A stretch of 64,000 bases of DNA. Source: Pseudomonadota bacterium (lineage in GTDB: Bacteria; Pseudomonadota; Gammaproteobacteria; JBCCGL01). The stretch spans positions 61 through 64,060 of the forward strand of contig JBCCGL010000010.1 in NCBI GenBank assembly GCA_039029275.1, given 5' to 3'. Position 1 is the first letter of the stretch. Each line of letters starts with the position of its first letter. Positions 59,595 through 64,000 of this stretch are shown one piece after another. A program made the translations under genes and the position numbers. Under the pieces are notes generated by a model that worked only from the letters and a program-made list of their open reading frames with translations, was not told the DNA's origin and searched no databases.

Positions 59595-61981
59595 ACAAAT
59601 TGACAACAAACTCGCTTCCAATCCATGCATCCGTCGTCGTGATTGGCGGCGGTGTTATGGGCTGTTCAACGCTCTACCATTTGGCGAAAGCCGGCGTGCG
59701 CGACGCAATCTTGATCGAACGAAACAAGCTTACGTCCGGGACGACGTGGCATTCCGCCGCCCAGGTTCGCGCGCTGCGATCGACGCGCAACCTGACCGAT
59801 CTGATCCGCTACTCCGTATCGCTCTACAGTTCGCTGGAAGAGGAAACCGGTCAGTCCACCGGCTGGATCAACAAAGGCTCGCTGTCGATAGCCACCAACC
59901 AGGCGCGACTCACGCACATCCGCAGACAGGAATCCCTCGCGCATTTGTTTGGCGTCGATGCAAATTCCATTTCGGTCGAGGAAGCAAAAGAACGTTGGCC
60001 ATTGATGAATGCTGAAGACGTTATCGGCGCCGTATGGTCACCCGATGACGGACGTGTGAGTCCATCGGATTTGTGCGCGGCATTGGTCAAGGGTGCACGC
60101 TCGCGCGGTGCGAAGATTTTTGAAGACACGGGCGTGATTGGCATTCGCACGCAAGGCGGAAAAGTCTGCGGTCTGGAAACCACGGCGGGAGAAATTCAAT
60201 GCGACGCAATCGCGCTGTGCACCGGGTTGTGGAGCCGGGAGAATGCGGCGATGGCCGGCGCCGATGTGCCGCTTTACCCGTGTGAGCATTTCTACCTGCT
60301 AACCAAAGCAGTGCCGGGCGCCGAGGGAAATTTGCCTACCTTATCCGACCACGACAGTCATCTATACATTCGCGATGACTCCGGCGGCTTGCTGGTCGGC
60401 TGCTTCGAACCAATTGGCAAAGCGATATCGCCGCAAGCGATCGGAACCGATTCCGCGTTCACCTTACTGCCTGAAGATTGGGAACACTTCGAGCCTATGA
60501 TGGAAAACGCATTGCATCGGCTTCCTGCGCTTGCCAATGCAGAAGTTCGCATGCTCTTGAACGGCCCGGAGTGCTTTACCCCGGACAGTTCGTTTTTACT
60601 CGGTGAAACCGCAGAAACGCGCGGACTGTTTCTCGGCTGCGGCATGAACTCGGTCGGCGTCGCCACCGGCGGCGGTGCCGGAATGGCGCTCGCGCACTGC
60701 ATCGTTCACGGGCACACGCCAAGCGACTTGAGCGAAGCAGATCCAAAGCGATTTCCGAACTGTTGGAACTCCGCAAAGGCGCTTACCGAACGTGCGCCAC
60801 AAGTGTTGGGTGAACACTACGCCATTCACTTTCCCGGTTATCAATGGTCGACCGTGCGCAATCTTCGTCACACACCTTTGCACAATAAATGGATACAACA
60901 CCGCGCTCACTTCGGACAGTTCTTCGGCTGGGAAAGACCGCTGTTTTTTAACAAACAAGCGGAGCCTAAACTGACGTTTAACCAGCCGGATTGGTTTGAT
61001 CAGGTTGGTGCAGAAGTTACGTGCGCGCATGAGTCCGCCGCTGTTTTTGATCTTTCGACGTTCGGCAAAATTCGTGTAACAGGAAAAGACGCGGAAACAT
61101 TTTTAAATCGCGTTTGCGCGAACGACATGACGCGAACACCGGGAAGAGCGATCTACACCGGCATGCTCAACGCGCGTGGGGGCTTTGAAAGCGATCTCAC
61201 CGCTCTTCGGCTTGCAGATGATGATTACCGGCTTTACGTCGGCACCGGTGCAATCAAACGCGACATGGCATGGCTCAAACGAAATTTACAGCCTGACGAA
61301 AGTGTCGCCCTCATTGATGAAACAGAGGACTATGCAGTCCTTGGATTGATGGGTCCCGACTCACCAGATTTAGTCGAAAAATTGGACGCCGGGGAATTAT
61401 TGAATATCGGTTTTTTTCAACACGCTGAGGTGGACATAGCGGGCATCGCGGTTCGCGCGGCGCGTCTTTCGTATGTTGGCGAAGAAGGCTGGGAGTTAAC
61501 CTGCAAATCAAATGAGGCAGAGTCTCTGTTTGACCATCTTTTGCAATTCGGTGCGCAACCAGCGGGCATCTTTGCACAGACATCCATGCGTATTGAAAAA
61601 CGATTTCTGGCTTACGGTCACGATCTCGATACCGATATCAATCCAATTCAGGCGGGATTGGATTTTGCCGTCGATTGGAACTCTGACTTTATCGGACGTG
61701 ACGCTCTTGAGCGTGCACGCCAAAATGGCGCAACGAATGAAGTATTCAATATTATTCTCGACGACGCTGACACCAACCCTCTCGGCAATGAGCCTGTTTA
61801 CCTGACGGATCGAATCATTGGTAAAACCAGCGCTGCGGCTTACGGGTATCGCATTCAACAACCTGTCGCAATCGCTCAGATCAAGCCTGAGTTTGTTTGT
61901 GACGCACTAAAAAGCGATGCAGTCGAGATCGACATTGCGGGCGAGCGCTTTCACGGTAAGATAGTGAAAAAAGCCTTTTGA
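59591..61981 (+). CDS. dimethylglycine/sarcosine dehydrogenase-like flavoprotein (FAD DAO domain + GcvT aminomethyltransferase domain)
   Basis: 'VVVIGGGVMGCSTLYHLA' FAD fold. C-terminal GcvT-like folate-binding domain. 796 aa. Confidence 0.85.
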   Translation: MNKLTTNSLPIHASVVVIGGGVMGCSTLYHLAKAGVRDAILIERNKLTSGTTWHSAAQVRALRSTRNLTDLIRYSVSLYSSLEEETGQSTGWINKGSLSIATNQARLTHIRRQESLAHLFGVDANSISVEEAKERWPLMNAEDVIGAVWSPDDGRVSPSDLCAALVKGARSRGAKIFEDTGVIGIRTQGGKVCGLETTAGEIQCDAIALCTGLWSRENAAMAGADVPLYPCEHFYLLTKAVPGAEGNLPTLSDHDSHLYIRDDSGGLLVGCFEPIGKAISPQAIGTDSAFTLLPEDWEHFEPMMENALHRLPALANAEVRMLLNGPECFTPDSSFLLGETAETRGLFLGCGMNSVGVATGGGAGMALAHCIVHGHTPSDLSEADPKRFPNCWNSAKALTERAPQVLGEHYAIHFPGYQWSTVRNLRHTPLHNKWIQHRAHFGQFFGWERPLFFNKQAEPKLTFNQPDWFDQVGAEVTCAHESAAVFDLSTFGKIRVTGKDAETFLNRVCANDMTRTPGRAIYTGMLNARGGFESDLTALRLADDDYRLYVGTGAIKRDMAWLKRNLQPDESVALIDETEDYAVLGLMGPDSPDLVEKLDAGELLNIGFFQHAEVDIAGIAVRAARLSYVGEEGWELTCKSNEAESLFDHLLQFGAQPAGIFAQTSMRIEKRFLAYGHDLDTDINPIQAGLDFAVDWNSDFIGRDALERARQNGATNEVFNIILDDADTNPLGNEPVYLTDRIIGKTSAAAYGYRIQQPVAIAQIKPEFVCDALKSDAVEIDIAGERFHGKIVKKAF

Positions 61982-62009
61982 TCTGCACCGTTTAGGATTT
62001 TGTTTTTGA

Positions 62010-62786
62010 ATGAACGTCACTATTTGCCAAATTGATCCTCGCGAAGGTTTTTTAGAACCCTGCATTGAAAAACTCACTGATCACGTTCATCACGAAAAAA
62101 CTGATTTTCTATTACTGCCTGAGATGTGCTTTTCGGGTTGGCTTGCAGCCGATCAAAATCCAGACCCAACTCGTTGGTTGCAGGCAGTGGACGATCATGC
62201 GCGCCACATCGCAAACCTTAATGATTTGGCGGCGGAGGCAGTTATCGGTACGCGCCCAATTGTGAATGACTCCGGGAGCAGGCGAAACCAGGCCTATGTC
62301 TGGTCCAAAGAATCTGGAAAAGCGCGTGGTTTTCACGAGAAGTATTATCTCCCCGACGAAGAGGGGTACTGGGAACACACCTGGTATGAACGCGGCTTGA
62401 AAGAGTTCGACACAACGTTGATCAACGATGTGCGTGTCGGTGTTCAAATCTGCACCGAAATGTGGTTTTTTGAATGGGCGCGACACTACGCTAAAGCGAG
62501 GATCGATTTACTCTGTGTACCACGCGCAACACCCCACGGCTCTACAGAAAAGTGGCTTGCAGGCGGACAAGCAGCGGCTGTGTGCGCAGGCGCCTATTGT
62601 CTCTCGTCAAATTTGTGGTGCCCATCAGGAGATAAAGCAAACTGCGGGGGACTTTCGTGGGTGATTGATCCTGAGGGAAATGTATTGGCAACAACAGATA
62701 CGGATAATCCATTCAGGACTGTAGAAATCGATTTGGAATTTGCGCGATTGAGTAAATCAACCTACCCCCGTTATGTACCGGAGTAA
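62010..62786 (+). CDS. carbon-nitrogen hydrolase (nitrilase superfamily)
   Basis: Glu-Lys-Cys triad context 'LLLPEM', 'CTEMWF'. 258 aa. Confidence 0.8.
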   Translation: MNVTICQIDPREGFLEPCIEKLTDHVHHEKTDFLLLPEMCFSGWLAADQNPDPTRWLQAVDDHARHIANLNDLAAEAVIGTRPIVNDSGSRRNQAYVWSKESGKARGFHEKYYLPDEEGYWEHTWYERGLKEFDTTLINDVRVGVQICTEMWFFEWARHYAKARIDLLCVPRATPHGSTEKWLAGGQAAAVCAGAYCLSSNLWCPSGDKANCGGLSWVIDPEGNVLATTDTDNPFRTVEIDLEFARLSKSTYPRYVPE

Positions 62787-62833
62787 ATGGGATTAGCGCA
62801 TCCGTTGCAGACACACAACGTATCCATGCTTGA

Positions 62834-63283
62834 TTAGTTGTTTTGTTGCAAAAGTATTTGATAGACGCTGTCTGAAATTTCGAACGACACCGGTCGCGTT
62901 TTCATATCACGCGAGTTCATTATTTCCAGCGTTCGGTCATTCTTGAATTGCAGGATCATTTTTAAACGCCCGCTTTCCAGACCATGCTTATAAATAACAA
63001 TATCAAGTTGAGCGGGGTTTTGTGTGGCGTCCAAAATCCACAGAACGCGGCCACCAACCAAATTGCTCGCGCTTAAGCGCGGCAAACCTTCAAACAGCAC
63101 CTCTGCCGATTCATCTTCGTTGAAGATCATGGTGACGGCATCACCATCGGAATCTTGGCCTCCCCATTTACCAACAATGTTTAATATTGCTGTACTTGAT
63201 TGGGCATTCCCCGGCGCGACAGTCGCTGGACAAACGCACATTGCTATTAGGGCTGTTAAAATGTAGCGTCTTAACATTTTCAT
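62834..63283 (-). CDS. hypothetical secreted/lipoprotein
   Basis: Signal peptide 'LTALIAMCVCPATVA'. No recognised domain. Confidence 0.4.
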   Translation of the reverse strand: MKMLRRYILTALIAMCVCPATVAPGNAQSSTAILNIVGKWGGQDSDGDAVTMIFNEDESAEVLFEGLPRLSASNLVGGRVLWILDATQNPAQLDIVIYKHGLESGRLKMILQFKNDRTLEIMNSRDMKTRPVSFEISDSVYQILLQQNN

Positions 63284-63379
63284 CCGAATCCGGATTCGTG
63301 AAACCTCATAGATGACCCGAACATAGAGTTTAAGTTGAAAAGATGCAAATCCGGATGGATGGTTGAATTTTAGGAAACC

Positions 63380-64000
63380 TCAGGATTCTCTGTGCATCGG
63401 CTCCGTCATCCATCTTACAACATCGTCTGTATTTAGTATGGGATTGCTTATTAAGTACCCCTGAATCTCGTCACACGACCATTGAGATAAAATGTCGTAC
63501 TGTAATCGATCCTCGACACCCTCAGCAGTCACTTTCATATCCAGTTCTCTGGCAAGTTTCACAATGGAGTGTGCGATTTCGTGAGCGCGATCATCGTGAG
63601 AAAGGCTTTGCACAAACGACTTATCAATTTTCAATTTGTTGACAGGCAAACGGTAGAGATACTGGAGTGAAGTACTGCCACAACCAAAGTCATCAATCGC
63701 GATCGAGACACCAAGGGATTGCAGATCTTTAAGAATTAGTTTGGTCTCTTCAAATCCGGTGAGCAAGGACTCTTCAACTAACTCCAATTCAAGACGGTTA
63801 GACGCCAAACCAGTCTCACTCAGGATAGTACCAACCGAATCAACAAAATTAGCATCCGCAAGTTGCGATGGCGAAATATTAACGGCTACGTGTGCACTAC
63901 TGTCGGGCCAAGAAACGGCTGTTTGGCAGGCACTTTTCAAGGCCCATTTTCCAAACTCGATCATTCGACCATTCTTCTCAATTCCAAATAAGAACCTATC
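63380..64000 (-). CDS. EAL-domain protein (c-di-GMP phosphodiesterase-like), 5'-partial at window edge
   Basis: 'LKIDKSFVQSL', 'EGVE', 'QGYL' EAL motifs. The reading frame stays open past 64000. Confidence 0.7.
   Translation of the reverse strand, partial: DRFLFGIEKNGRMIEFGKWALKSACQTAVSWPDSSAHVAVNISPSQLADANFVDSVGTILSETGLASNRLELELVEESLLTGFEETKLILKDLQSLGVSIAIDDFGCGSTSLQYLYRLPVNKLKIDKSFVQSLSHDDRAHEIAHSIVKLARELDMKVTAEGVEDRLQYDILSQWSCDEIQGYLISNPILNTDDVVRWMTEPMHRES

Noticed and set aside
1-64000. CRISPR arrays, prophage/IS elements, rRNA operons
   Set aside because: No direct-repeat/spacer arrays, no transposase, integrase or phage structural genes, and no rRNA-like conserved stretches were seen anywhere in the window.

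Overview
This 64 kb window looks like chromosomal DNA from a Gram-negative, probably marine, gammaproteobacterium. There are no rRNA genes, CRISPR arrays or transposase or integrase genes, and I found no convincing tRNA. Housekeeping genes are hemL, pyrC, rnt, grxD, mpl, galE, argD-argF, nadC, mtnA-mtnB, asnB and apbE. Between them sit several accessory modules:
(i) a TonB-ExbB-ExbD-ExbD energiser cluster preceded by three TPR proteins and followed by an orphan histidine kinase (5.6-15.7 kb).
(ii) a Hanks-type Ser/Thr kinase fused to a C-terminal cNMP-binding domain (18.0-19.3 kb).
(iii) a bufferin-type peptide metallophore operon, DUF2282 precursor + DUF692/MNIO + DUF2063 + DoxX (30.5-32.9 kb).
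(iv) a DUF3570 / DUF4266 / TlpA-thioredoxin / beta-barrel / SH3 envelope cluster (33.8-37.2 kb).
(v) four divergently arranged large secreted proteins carrying c-type haem CxxCH motifs, with lipoprotein, beta-propeller, LamG and Tat features (37.4-46.0 kb). This is the least explained and most interesting block.
(vi) an RpiR-regulated catabolic island with a polar amino acid ABC transporter, an aspartase/fumarase-family lyase, an MmgE/PrpD-family protein, a DMGDH-like flavoenzyme and a C-N hydrolase (52.4-62.8 kb). This is suggestive of N-substituted aspartate or aminopolycarboxylate catabolism.
A 56-aa rubredoxin gene is missing from the ORF track. All calls rest on motif and architecture recognition from the translations; no database search was run.
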